DNA of 39,569 bases from assembly GCF_001194135.2 (NCBI RefSeq), contig NC_068999.1, forward strand, positions 18,749,423-18,788,991, given 5' to 3'. The DNA comes from Octopus bimaculoides (Eukaryota). A program made the position numbers and the translations under genes. The stretch's first letter is position 1. Each line of letters begins with the position of its first letter. This document shows, in pieces, positions 1 through 10,934 of this stretch. The notes under the pieces are model-generated. The model ran no database searches and was not told the DNA's origin. It saw nothing but the letters and a program-made list of their open reading frames with translations.

Positions 1-855
1 ATGTGTATAGTTGTATATGCTTATATATATATATATATGTGTGTAAGAGTTCCAACTCTGTTTTTTATGTTTTATTTATATTCTTGTAAAATTGATCTAT
101 CTCTATATATAGACACGTGAATGTACGTAAGTATATGCGGTTGGCTTGTGTGTGATTTACGTATTCGTGCATGTACGTGCAATAAAACATACATGAGTAT
201 ATATCCGTAAAGACTAATTTTAATTGCCTAAAAATTACTGAAAGATAATATTAATTGATGGTAGTTTGTGATAAAAAAAACTTCACGGAATATTAGTGAT
301 ATTTGACATTAACTAGCAAAAAAAAAGGAAACGTTTGACAGAGTGCAGTATTATCGCCTAACTAAATCATAATTAATTATAATGTGTAATTTTTGTCGTT
401 TAGAGCGTCTAGGTATCGTGTAGGTTATTTCATCGTTAGGTTTACTATATTTAAATAACCTACGCCTAAATGCAGATTCAGATATTCTTATATGTTTCTT
501 TTCTGCTTCTACACATGTAGAGAATAAATAAACAATTTTATTTATATGATTTTTTTTTCTCCAAAGCCTTTCACATCGCAACTAATTCTAAGTCAAGAAA
601 ACTCATACGTCAGATTCCCATCAGAATANNNNNNNNNNAGAAATAGAGTTATTAATATTTCTAAGTCTCTCTAAAGGAGACTACGGCAGCGGTACTGGAA
701 ATTAATAGTTATTGCCAAGCCAACATGGCAGTCCCAAAATTAGGACGAAAGCTGCCGTGAATTAGCTCCAATATATATATATATATGAGGGATGACCACT
801 AAGCGGACATCCATTATCCTAGAAGACCACCTACGGTCTGACCACTAAGAAAAGA

Positions 856-1110
856 TTGTTCTCAACAAAATTCAGCAAATGCCACAGCAAGACAAATGAA
901 AAATTACAAAATATATTCACATTCACGTACATCGCCACCAACACAAAACACACAAACATACATACACACACAGCCACAGACGCACACAAAACACACGCGA
1001 ACAAACACATACACATACATGCTCACATACACACCCTAACAAATATTAATCACATACACACACACCATCGAACCAAATATAAAATACACACAGACCCATA
1101 TACACACGCC
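856..1110. repeat. Degenerate CA-rich low-complexity tract
   Basis: ACAC/ATAC-rich sequence; explains the H/T-rich ORFs 856..1179 and 831..1016. Confidence 0.8.
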
Positions 1111-1130
1111 ACAATAAACCTAAAAACGGC

Positions 1131-1740
1131 CGGTGTCAACAGTGGTTCCAGAAATTCCGAACCGGAAATTACAGTCTAGAAGACAAGCCTCGTCCTGAAA
1201 GACCTGTAGACCTCAACAAGGACGTCACGCAACATCTGGTGGGACAAAATCGCATAACTATTGAGGAACAACAGAGTTGCTTACATTTGGTCATTCAACC
1301 ATTCATCGAAACCTGCGTGCCATCGGGAAACAACCATCTTTGGTTTCAAGACGGAAGTTGTTCTTCCAGCAGGATAATCCTTGGCTATATAGACAGAGGA
1401 CGACATTCCAAAAGCGGGAGCAGTTTGAATGGGAAGCTATGCACCACCCACCATATTCGCCGGATAATGCCCCATCTGATTATCATTTATTCCGTAGTCT
1501 TGAAAATCATTTGGACACAAACGATATGAACTCTATAGACGAGGTCTAAGCAGTACTACATGAGTATTTTTGCATCACAGAAAACTGAATTTTGGGAAAC
1601 TTGCAAGTCTACCAGATTGTTAGAAGAGCATGGCAGTACATGAAGGAAAATATGTTTTAGATTAAAAAAGAACTTTATGTTACTTTTGAAAAATAAAAGA
1701 AGTACAAAAAACACCGCATTATTTATGGGCTGACCAAATA
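1131..1740 (+). mobile_element. Decayed, internally deleted mariner (Tc1/mariner, DD34D-type) transposon; 3' part with right TIR
   Basis: Frameshifted translation gives RCQQWFQKFRTGNYSLEDKPRPERP (from 1131), FGHSTIHRNLRAIGK (HTH), then directly FFQQDN...WEAMHHPPYSPDNAPSDYHLFRSLENHL (mariner YSPDLAPSD motif). Ends in ATTTATGGGCTGACCAAATA followed by TA (1721-1742), a mariner-like TIR end. No left TIR seen. Confidence 0.9.
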
Positions 1741-2267
1741 TATATAAATTCAATTCACAATTTATGGATTTACCTAATTCGGTGGTATTTGTAGATTCAT
1801 ATATTTAGTTGAATACAGCTATGCAATGATGAAATACATTTTACTCATTGTTTATTTCCCCTATTTGTAATTTATGCATGTCTATTTATATACGGAGCAA
1901 ATAATTCAGGAGACAATATTTGCGAAGATATTTTTACTCAAGTGTAACAATTGAAAATGATAATAACAGAATCAATAATATAGGTGAATGCAGGCCCCAG
2001 AATGCATTAACTAGCCGAAGGAATAAAAGTAATCAAATGACATACTGAGTATGTCTATTTGCTGGAAATAACAGTAAAATCTCTTATTTCAATCGCCGAA
2101 AAAATCGCCCATGATAACTACAGATATCAACCGTCTGTGGAAAAACAGACAATCTCTCAACATGTTTACATGCGATTTAAACAAGAGATTTGATTGTTAT
2201 TTCCAGCGGGTAAACATACTTGGAATGTCCTATGATTAATTTTACATATTTATTAATAATTTATCTC

Positions 2268-2341
2268 TGCGTGTGTGTGTGTGTGTGCGCGCGCGTGCGA
2301 ACGTGCGTGCGTGTGTGTGCGTCTGTGTGTGCGCGCGCGCG
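2268..2341. repeat. (GT)n/(GC)n alternating purine-pyrimidine tract
   Basis: GCGTGTGTGT...GCGCGCGCGTGCG...GCGCGCGCGC read directly. Confidence 0.9.
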
Positions 2342-2639
2342 TAAGTAATGTTTACAGCTACTCAAATGTGGATGGCTGTTCTGTAAGAACCGACGTTACT
2401 GCTATTTTTGAACCCCAGAAGGACGCCCCTTACTGTTGGTTATTCAATGCAATCTGCACCCGATATATCGCACGCAGGGGAGTGCACCAGTCCATACGGT
2501 TTCGGCATATTTCTGGTCATCCTTGGGACTTGCTTTTACAGATAGCAGTATTTCACTCCAGCTAGCAATATATATATAGAAATCAATTAGTTGGAACATC
2601 TCTATAATAGGCGAAAGCAATAACTATACTGAGAAGTAA

Positions 2640-2775
2640 TGTCTACCGCCACATAACATACGTCTACCAAATCTACACCCCATGCTTTGGTCGGCCGAGG
2701 TGCCACGCAAAGAGACTGAACCCTGTAGCAGATGTTGGGAAGCATGCTTCTTACCTCACACCAACGCTTGCGCCT
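2640..2775 (-). mobile_element. tRNA-derived SINE (family B), partial, internal deletion
   Basis: GTCTACCAAATCTACAC...GCTTTGGTCGGCC/GAGGTGCCACGC...GACTGAACCC...GGGAAGCATGCTTCTTACC...GCGCCT aligns with the copies at 21800, 32465 and 32915. B-box-like GGGTTCAGTC on the minus strand. Confidence 0.8.
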
Positions 2776-3839
2776 ACATTAACAATAACATATCCAGGAA
2801 TTATCAATGACACCCCTCCTTTTTACAAATTAATATCAAAGATATATTTATTAGTGTAGACATTAAAGTGTACTTCGTTATCGCCTTATATGGTACCAAC
2901 TATAAATTAGAAATTCATGTCACTACAGTGATCCAGGAAGAGCAATTAAGATTTTGTTTGACTGGCATTCTGTGAAGACCTTAGAATACTTTCGTGCGAA
3001 TGTTAGTTCTGACCAGTGTTGCCCTATTTTCAAATCCATCAGCATTAAGCTCCTTGAGGACTTCGCTAGTGATTTTAGAATCAATAAATTCGAAAGGATT
3101 AATTCATGTCTACAAATACTTTATTTTAGTGGACACAATAGAATCAGTAATTAATTCTACAATGTCTGGATACATTCCATTGGTAAATATGGACTATACG
3201 CTTGTAAAATACTAATTAACGATTATAAGTGGCAAAGTTTCTATCTGGTTAACACATATAGATCATCTATATTAATGTACATCACAGATACCGATATGAT
3301 AGGAAGTGGGACATAGACGTTTGCTCATCGTTAATGTTGTACACAGGTCGTTCATTTCGTGGGTGAAGAAAATGAGGTCTACAGTTACTTATGTCGATGT
3401 TAATGAAAATAAAAACATCTAAAAGTCAATTTTAATATTTGAAACTTTAGTTTGGCGAAACTGTATATTAAGTTATTCAGCAGATATGCCACTAGAAATT
3501 GCTATCGAATTGCTTCTTGTTCGACACCATGCAGATTACGACTACTAGTCAACGCACAGCGTTTAAGCCAGAGCGTATCACATATTATTTCATATGTTTC
3601 CTTTTTTGTTATTAAGACTGTTTATCGGTATTCAATCATCTCTTACTCCGTGGAGGAAAATTTGCCTGAAACAACATTCTACGTACCTGTTTCAAACCTA
3701 TAAAATCATTCATTTTATCACAAGATAAAGGTATTTTAAAACATTAAAGAGCAAACATAATTTTTATTCAGTTTACACCTTCTGCATTAAATGCAGGTGC
3801 ACAAAAGCTGTTATAATTCAATGATCCCCATAATGCATC

Positions 3840-3852
3840 ACACACACCGACA

Positions 3853-3907
<55 letters not shown>

Positions 3908-3932
3908 ATACACACACACACACACACATATA
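3840..3932. repeat. (CA)n microsatellite
   Basis: Direct reading. Confidence 0.95.
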
Positions 3933-4104
3933 TATATTCTAGTATTAGGTATCCTTGTGTTGAATCACTATTCACTGTCTCTATTTAATGATATCATTTC
4001 AAATAGACTGTTACTACTCTATCTTTCACATCATTAAATTAAATGTTTTGCATGTTTCACTTTTAGGTCCATCACAAATATATGTATATCCATATCATTA
4101 TTAG

Positions 4105-4252
4105 GCTGAGTTCAAATTCCGCCGAGGTCAACCTTGCCTTTCGTCCTTTCAGGGTCGATGAATTAAGTACCAGTTGCATACTGGCGTCGATCTAATCGAC
4201 AGGTCCCTTCCCCCCAAAATCTTGGGCCTTGTGCCTCTACTAGAAATATTAT
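4105..4252 (+). mobile_element. tRNA-derived SINE (family A), 5'-truncated
   Basis: B box GTTCAAATTCC (4110-4120), body CCGAGGTCAACCTTGCC...GGTCGATGAATTAAGTACCAG...GGGCCTTGTGCC and TATTATT tail. Reverse complement of the copies at 6240-6662 and 10410-10585. Confidence 0.85.
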
Positions 4253-5859
4253 TAGTCATTAACGTGTCTTGAATTTGTACACACATATACAGGCAGAAGA
4301 AAAAATGCTGAGTACGTTCACATTGATAACAAAAGATTTGTCAGCTATCTCTTTCAATATACCTAATTCAATGCAAATTTAAATACGATCCTTAAAAGTT
4401 TACGAAACAAAAGTTAGTGAAAAACACATATTCACCATTTGTCTCTATTTGAACTCTATATATTAACTTCATTCTGAACACTGCTCTCTATACGTAGTCA
4501 GAGTTTCTTTTCCATTGATTACATGATGGAATTTCCATTTGCAAAGTATGATGAATTATTATTGGCGGAATGTTGAAGGAATTTAACACCACTCATCTGA
4601 ATCTTTGCTTCTTTATTATATTTATATTGTAAATTGGTGTGACATGATAGTTACTAGAAACTGAAATTTGCAAACTCGAATAAAGGCTCAGAGAACGAGT
4701 TTGATGTATAAGTAATGATGATGATGAGTAAGAGGAGATGAAGAAAGATGTGGCAGGCGAGAAGTTTCGGAATGAACATGAGTCTATGTGGGTTATCACG
4801 ACTCAGTTTAGAGTCACAGATCATCAGCATGTCTGTCTGTATACCGGCAATATATAATCGCACAACTCTTAACACCTGAACTAATACACCACAGATGTCA
4901 ACTTTGTCGTTCATTATTCCAGGCTCGAGAAATCAAATACTTAATATATTAAAAATTTCGATTAAACGTTGCTACGAATAATCTGACAACCCAATATACT
5001 TATCTTAATAAAGAATAGGAAAACAATAACAACAAATGTAACGACACTTCAAACACAGCTTTACGAATACCTAGAGATTCTTTATAACGAAGTAAAAAAG
5101 AAACAGTATGATATAATGATAACTCTAAAATCATTAAAAAAAACTCTAAATTTCCCACAGTTCCAGGAGTTATAGGGTTGGATGTGAGTTGACTACGTCA
5201 CCGCCAATACTAATGTGTTACATACTTTAATAACAATGAAAGAATTAAAGTGAGAGTTGCTATGGGCAAGATTTGAACTCAGAACTAAAACACACCTGTG
5301 AGACATGCCACTGTTCATTTTGACCTGCATGGTAACTATTCCAGCAGGTCCGTCTTGGAATGGGATCTGTCTAATTTTGGCACACGACAAACAGGAGGGC
5401 ACATTCATTAGATTCATGATATTACTTGACTGGGAATTATTTCTGCTTCGTTCAAATGATAATTGGTTAAGTCGTCTTCAAAACAATTTGAAGGCAAAAA
5501 GGTGTTGCTAAGCACTTTCGTCGGCATGCTAAAAATTTGCCCGATAATAATAATGATAATATTAATAGGAATTGCCGTTTTACGATAGACGTGATCCATA
5601 ATGCAGAGGCTGACCCTTCTCGCTCACATCGATCCTAGTATCTAAATTGCATTGAATTTATCGACTATTTGGAATTTATAGGCCATGAAAACAGGAAAAC
5701 CAGTCCTTATGTGTCGGCATTACTCGAAAAGGTAACTTTACTTCGTAATTTTTTAAAATTGAACAATAGATTTAATAGATTTAATCCCTGCCCTTAAATT
5801 GCTGGCTTTCTGCAAACATTTGAAATCAATATTGATAAAATTGTTTCCTTTTATAATCA

Positions 5860-6025
5860 CATGGCCTGAAAACGTGGGGTGGGGCTACGTCGATTACATC
5901 TGCCCGCAGTGTTCAAAGAATGTAGCGCAATGTAGACCTCCGTGGAATATGAATTCAGAAAGCGCAACTAGAAGAAGTTCTGCTAAGCAATTTTTCCGGT
6001 GCACTAACATATCTGTTAGATTGCA
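5860..6025 (-). mobile_element. Highly degenerate SINE family A copy
   Basis: GGCCTGAAAACGTGGGG...GTCGATTACATC...CAGTGTTCAA and GACCTCCGTGGAATATGAATTCAGAA...GCTAAGCAATTT resemble family A. Confidence 0.5.
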
Positions 6026-6033
6026 CACAAGGA

Positions 6034-6097
6034 CTAAAACCGTGTTATTCGATTGTATAGCCCCTAAAAACTGTGTTATTCGATTGTATCGCCCCTA
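6034..6097. repeat. Short tandem duplication (~31 bp x2)
   Basis: CTAAAACCGTGTTATTCGATTGTATAGCCC followed by CTAAAAACTGTGTTATTCGATTGTATCGCCCCT. Confidence 0.85.
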
Positions 6098-6239
6098 GTG
6101 CTTAACTCTTATTTGTGTTATCGAGCAGGAATTTAAAATGTGAACTTAAAGATGGACGAAATACTGCTAAGCATTTTCAATGTGTTGGTAATAATACTTC
6201 CAACTCATTGTCTTGCCAATAGTAATATTAATAATAATC

Positions 6240-6442
6240 CGTTCTACAAAAGGCACAAGACCTGGAATCTTGAACGCGGCGATGTTTCGACCCCGATGTT
6301 TCACAGGTACTCAATTTATAGATCCTGAAAGAATGAAAGACACATTCGAACTGTGCGATATCTGAACGCAAAACGTAGCGGCAGAAGAAATACGCTGAGC
6401 ATTTCACCCGGAGTGCTAACGATTCTGCCAGCTCGCCACCTT
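6240..6442 (-). mobile_element. tRNA-derived SINE (family A), near full length
   Basis: Head AAGGTGGCGAGCTGGCAGAATCGTTAGC on the minus strand (A box TGGCAGAATCG), body, and AAT-type tail at ~6225-6240. Confidence 0.85.
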
Positions 6443-6454
6443 AACAACAATAAT

Positions 6455-6662
6455 AATGCAGGTTTCAAATTTTGACACAAGCTATTTTCGGGGAGGACAT
6501 GAGCCCATTACATCGACCCCAGTGTTCAACTGTTACTTATTATAGCGACCCCGAGAGGATGGAAGCCAATGACGACTTCGCCAGAACTTGAACTCAGAGC
6601 GTAGCGATGGGCGAAATATCGCTAAGCATTACGCCCAGCGCGCTGACGATTCTGCCAGTACA
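6455..6662 (-). mobile_element. tRNA-derived SINE (family A), near full length
   Basis: TGGCAGAATCG A box, GAGTTCAAG B-box-like motif and CGACCCCAGTGTTCAAC body; tandem with the 6240 copy. Confidence 0.85.
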
Positions 6663-6664
6663 CC

Positions 6665-6806
<142 letters not shown>

Positions 6807-7634
6807 TGAATACGTTGTGTTAAATGAAGGAGGTGTAAAATTAATGGATACAACGGTCGTAAGGAACGTCGTAAGACACAAGACAAAAACGAATGAAATA
6901 TTCGACGAAAACTAGAAAAAAAGAAGGAAATAAATAATATAAAGATTGAAACATTCGGAGAGAAAATTAGGGAGAGTGAAATCTGTTCTTTATTAAATGG
7001 TAACCCTTATTTGATTTAATCTTAATGTAATTTGTACTTGATGTGTTTATATAATGAATAAAGCGAACAAATATACGAAGGAAGGAAGAAGTAAATAATT
7101 TGAAAGCGAAGATGCGACTTAGGTTTGGTACACAACAATGTATTTCAACTATCTGCTAATGTTAGTGTTTAAATGTTCAAAAGTCAATATACGTAGTGTA
7201 TGATTGTATGTTTATAAGTGTGTTAATGTTTCTGTGAAATTCTGGTCGTTTGCGTTCGTGTGTGATTGGTTGTCGTCGTATAGCGTTTCACTTTTCGTTA
7301 AGTCTATGTTGCTATGCGTGTTAGAGACAAAAAAAAAAAAGGAAGAGAAATAGAAACATGCAGAGGGAGAGAGAGAGAGAATGTGAAAGATTGAGTAGGT
7401 GCGTATGGAGTGGTGTTAGACTTTTAATTTCGCTAATGGACACACTTAATTATATAAGATGTTGCCTAAGTCGGATGGATATTTACTGAATTAAAGAAAA
7501 TGGCCAACAGAATCGAGACAAGACATTGCCAGACATTTCTCCGATGGATTGCTATAATTTCGCTTAACTACGACATATATATTCTCATACTCCGCCTTCT
7601 TCTTCTTCGTCTACTTTCATCATCTCTACCATTA

Positions 7635-7870
7635 TCACAATCATCATCATCATCATCATCATCAACATCATCATCATCATCATCATCATCATTTCTGCTG
7701 TTTGCTTTGTTTCCATTACTACTCGTATTACTCTTCTAAGAGATAGCTACTATAATAATACAAATAATAATAATAATCATAAATTTTATTATTATTATAA
7801 TTATTGTTATTAACAATATTATTGTTGTTGTTATTATTGTTCTTGTTATTTTTATTATTATCATTAATAA
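7635..7870. repeat. (CAT)n and (TAA/TTA/TTG)n low-complexity tracts
   Basis: Direct reading. Confidence 0.9.
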
Positions 7871-7877
7871 ATATGCA

Positions 7878-9166
7878 TTCTTTATTAGCCGCAACGGCCG
7901 ACTAAAATAACACTGGACATTACAAAACATGAAAGAGAACAATGCCCCCCCCCCATTTTTTTAACTATAGGCTAAACACACACACTCCAATTGTGCATCT
8001 AAGATGGTGTTGAAATCCCCAATAACACTAATGGTAAGGGCGTACCCAGGAAAACCTTCAGACCTTGAAGTATTCCGGCTGTCCTGCACCTGTCGACGCG
8101 TAAATATCTAACAGTCTTAAGATCCCACCGTTACTAACGTTCTCGTCCAGGACCACTTGTTTACTTTCTGCTTCCAAGAAGACTGACCTTATTTTGGTAT
8201 CCAGACCTATCCGAAACAATACCGCGCTACCGGCACCACTCATTCCTCGCCGAAACGGAGATGCGTAGATCTGGTAGTCATCGAAAATAGGCATGAAAGC
8301 TCGCGGTTCGGTTAGTCTCGATTCAGTATTGTCTATTACATCTATTTCTTGTAACCTGAGGTCGTTGAGTAGGTGACCTTGTTTCCATGGGGATTCAAGG
8401 TCACGTACATTTATGCAAACTATTTAGAGTATGATCATTTGAGTGGATGGTAAGGAGACAAAACGAGAGGTCTACTTACCATTAGCACTCTGGGTTGGGA
8501 GCAGGGCAGATGTTCCGCTCGTTAAATGGAATGTGGTGGTCTCCATGACCAAGGATTTGTAGAGGCTCCAGTACATGTTCGTGTTGAAGCCTCCAACTGC
8601 CCGTGGAAATTTGGATTTTATGCTGCTGTAAGTATGTTGCGATGTTCGAAATATTTGTATGTGTAGTGGCGGTGTGTTATCCATGGAAAACACAAAATCA
8701 GTCGTTTTTATGTTTGTAATATCCTTTATGTATAATAGAAAGTTTGTGTTGTCTGTGTTTATGATGGTGACTTATGTGATGATTTTGTTATTTTTGTTTG
8801 CTTTTTGTGTTGACCCTGTTGTGCATTGTACTGCTGGATGTATCTGCGGTGTTGGTGGTGTCTTTGCTGGTGAAGGTTTTGGAAACGTGGCTGTTAGTGC
8901 GTTGCTGTTGTTGACGGTGATTTTGATTGCCTTTTGGTGGGTATTGCTTGTTTATGTGTTGGTATAATGTAGTGCGTATTTTTCGTAGTCTTTTAAGTAT
9001 GCATTCTGTCCACTCAATTCTAACGGCCTCTCCGCACGACATATCTGAATGGTCAGAGTCGGGAAAGGGTAGTTCCAGTGGGTCGATATTTACTGATTCT
9101 CTTGATCCTCTGGCAAATGCTGGGTCATTGGTGTTTTGTGGTCGCTGTGGGGGAAAGCTGAGTTGG
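7878..9166 (-). mobile_element. Tx1/L1-clade LINE remnant: probable ORF1 tail, ORF2 AP-endonuclease N-terminus, probable 3' UTR; RT absent
   Basis: From ATG 8438: MIIL*IVCINVRDLESPWKQGHLLNDLRLQEIDVI...ESRL...GSAVLFR...VVLD...LRLLDIYAS...QPEYFK, then after a frameshift LVLL/GDFNTILD (GDFN at 8009-8020). These match APE motifs NVRGL, QET, G-A-L, NVYAP and GDFN. AATAAA (7882-7887) precedes a simple-repeat tail. ORF1 assignment of 8470-9166 (T/P-rich, DSDHSDMS) is inference. Confidence 0.8.
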
Positions 9167-9197
9167 TAATGATAATAATAACAATAACAACAACAAC

Positions 9198-9266
<69 letters not shown>
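9167..9266. repeat. (TAA)n/(CAA)n microsatellite
   Basis: Direct reading. Confidence 0.95.
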
Positions 9267-9267
<1 letters not shown>

Positions 9268-10214
9268 GAAGTAAGAAGTATCTCTATGTGTGGGGGTGGT
9301 GTAGGTTGAAAGATTGCAAAGATAAGGCACTATACAAGAAATTGAAAACGAATGAAGCTGAAAATAAGTGGCTAAAGAAAAGAAAGGGTGGTCAAAATCA
9401 TAGAGATGCTGAAGATAAGACAGACAGCGAAAAAAGATGACTGTGGATGACTAAACGTGATTTAAAACCGGAAACAGAGGCTCTAATCTGTGCTGTCCAA
9501 GAGCAAGCACTAAGAAAAAAACTATATAAAATACAGAATAAACAACACATCAGAAAATGGTAAGTGCAGAATCTGTGGATAAAACGGTGAAACCGTAGGG
9601 AATTTTACCAGCCAATGTATGCCACTAGCCCAGAAGAAATATACGAGACGCCACGTCAATATAGCCAGGGTTGTCCATTGGACACTTTGTAGCAAGTATG
9701 GACTTGACAGAGCAAAAAATTGGTACGACCACAAACCTGAAGGCATTGACGAAAATAGAAATGCAAAGATCCTATGGAATTTTATGATTCAGTTCGACCA
9801 TGAGACAGAGAAAAGGAAGACAGACATAGTCTCAATTGAGAAGAAAGCAAACTATGCTGTATCATAGATATAGCATGCCCAGTTGACAACAAGGTATGCG
9901 ATAAAGAAGAAAGAGAAATCGAGAGATATGACAGGTTAGAGAGATATGACAGGGACGTTAAACAGTTGTGGTCGATGAAAAAGCTAGCGGTAGTACCGAT
10001 AATTATCGGAGCACTGGGGGTAGTGAGCAAAAATCTCGAGAAGTACGCGGAAGAAATAGGGGCTGCAAGAAGGGTGGAGCACTTGCAGAAAACAGCACTG
10101 CTTAGAACCGCTCAAATACTCCGGAAGGTGCTCGAAAAATAAGCGGTGTTACCTTACTGGTAGTGAACAGCTGACACTGTAGCACATCTCCAGCGTTAGA
10201 AGCTGTGCAAAGGC
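9267..10214 (+). mobile_element. R4/Dong-clade non-LTR retrotransposon, 5'-truncated 3' end (CCHC knuckle plus restriction-like endonuclease), with stops and frameshifts
   Basis: LWMTKRDLKPETEALICAVQEQALR...KCRICG*NGETVGNFTSQC...RRHVNIARVVHW...ILWNF...RKTDIV/IIDIACP...EIERY...VVPIIIGALG...LQKTALLRTAQILRKVLEK* (stop 10140-10142). Short 3' UTR, then (AAT)n. Confidence 0.9.
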
Positions 10215-10236
10215 AATAATAATAATTAATATTATG

Positions 10237-10292
<56 letters not shown>

Positions 10293-10385
10293 TATAATAA
10301 TAGGCGCACAGAGCTGCGCTCGGTAGTGAAGAGAAAGCACGTTATAAAAATAAAACTACTGAACAATAATAATAATAATAACTAA
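10215..10385. repeat. (TAA)n tracts with an intervening ~65 bp unique segment (possibly another LINE 3' end)
   Basis: GGCGCACAGAGCTGCGCTCGGTAGTGAAGAGAAAGCACGTTATAAAAATAAAACTACTGAAC lies between two AAT runs; its identity is inference. Confidence 0.6.
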
Positions 10386-10409
10386 AGGTAGAAGGCTTTA
10401 AAATTCCGA

Positions 10410-10585
10410 GGGAGGCAATCATTAAATTATATTGACCCCAGTGTTTCAGTAATGCTTAATTTATTGACCCCGAAATGAAATAATGCATATTCGATCTCGG
10501 CGGAATTTGAACTCAGAACGTAAAGATGGACGAAATTCCGTTAATAATTTCACCCAACGTGCTAACGATTCTGCCAGGTCACCAA
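10410..10585 (-). mobile_element. tRNA-derived SINE (family A)
   Basis: TGACCCCAGTGTTTCAG...TCTCGGCGGAATTTGAACTCAGAACG...GCTAACGATTCTGCCAG; A and B boxes on the minus strand. Confidence 0.85.
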
Positions 10586-10934
10586 TGATGATAATGATGA
10601 TAACGGCGACGACGATGATGATGAGGAGGAGGAGGAGGAATATGAAGTAGAGGAGAAAGAAGGGGAAGAGGGGAAGAAAGCTAAAGATAATGACAACAGT
10701 CATTAATTTTCCACCTTTAAAGTAACAGCTATAAAACGGATGACTAATCACCATCGTATTATTGGCAAAAGTTAGCCTAGCATTCGTTGTATTGAATATA
10801 TATGTAGACAGATATAAATGTATGTTGTAGACTGTTGAGTATTTCTAGTGATATATTTTGCTTAACCACCCTACCATACAAACTGAATCATGCGATTGCA
10901 TATGTTTTTTTATGAAAATGTCTACAAAACAGCG

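Noticed and set aside
721-760. GTCCCAAAATTAGGACGAAA, resembling hammerhead stem II plus GAAA
   Set aside because: No CUGANGA upstream and no stem I; an alternative GGCAG/CTGCC hairpin explains it.
2940-3215. Minus-strand protein-like frame (..DSKITSEVLKELNADGFENRATLVRTNIRTKVF..)
   Set aside because: Interrupted by stops, with no motif I can assign.
4760-4830. Minus-strand CTGATGA with a GACTC/GAGTC hairpin and a distant GAAAC
   Set aside because: Stem II does not close onto GAAA, and stems I and III cannot be formed.
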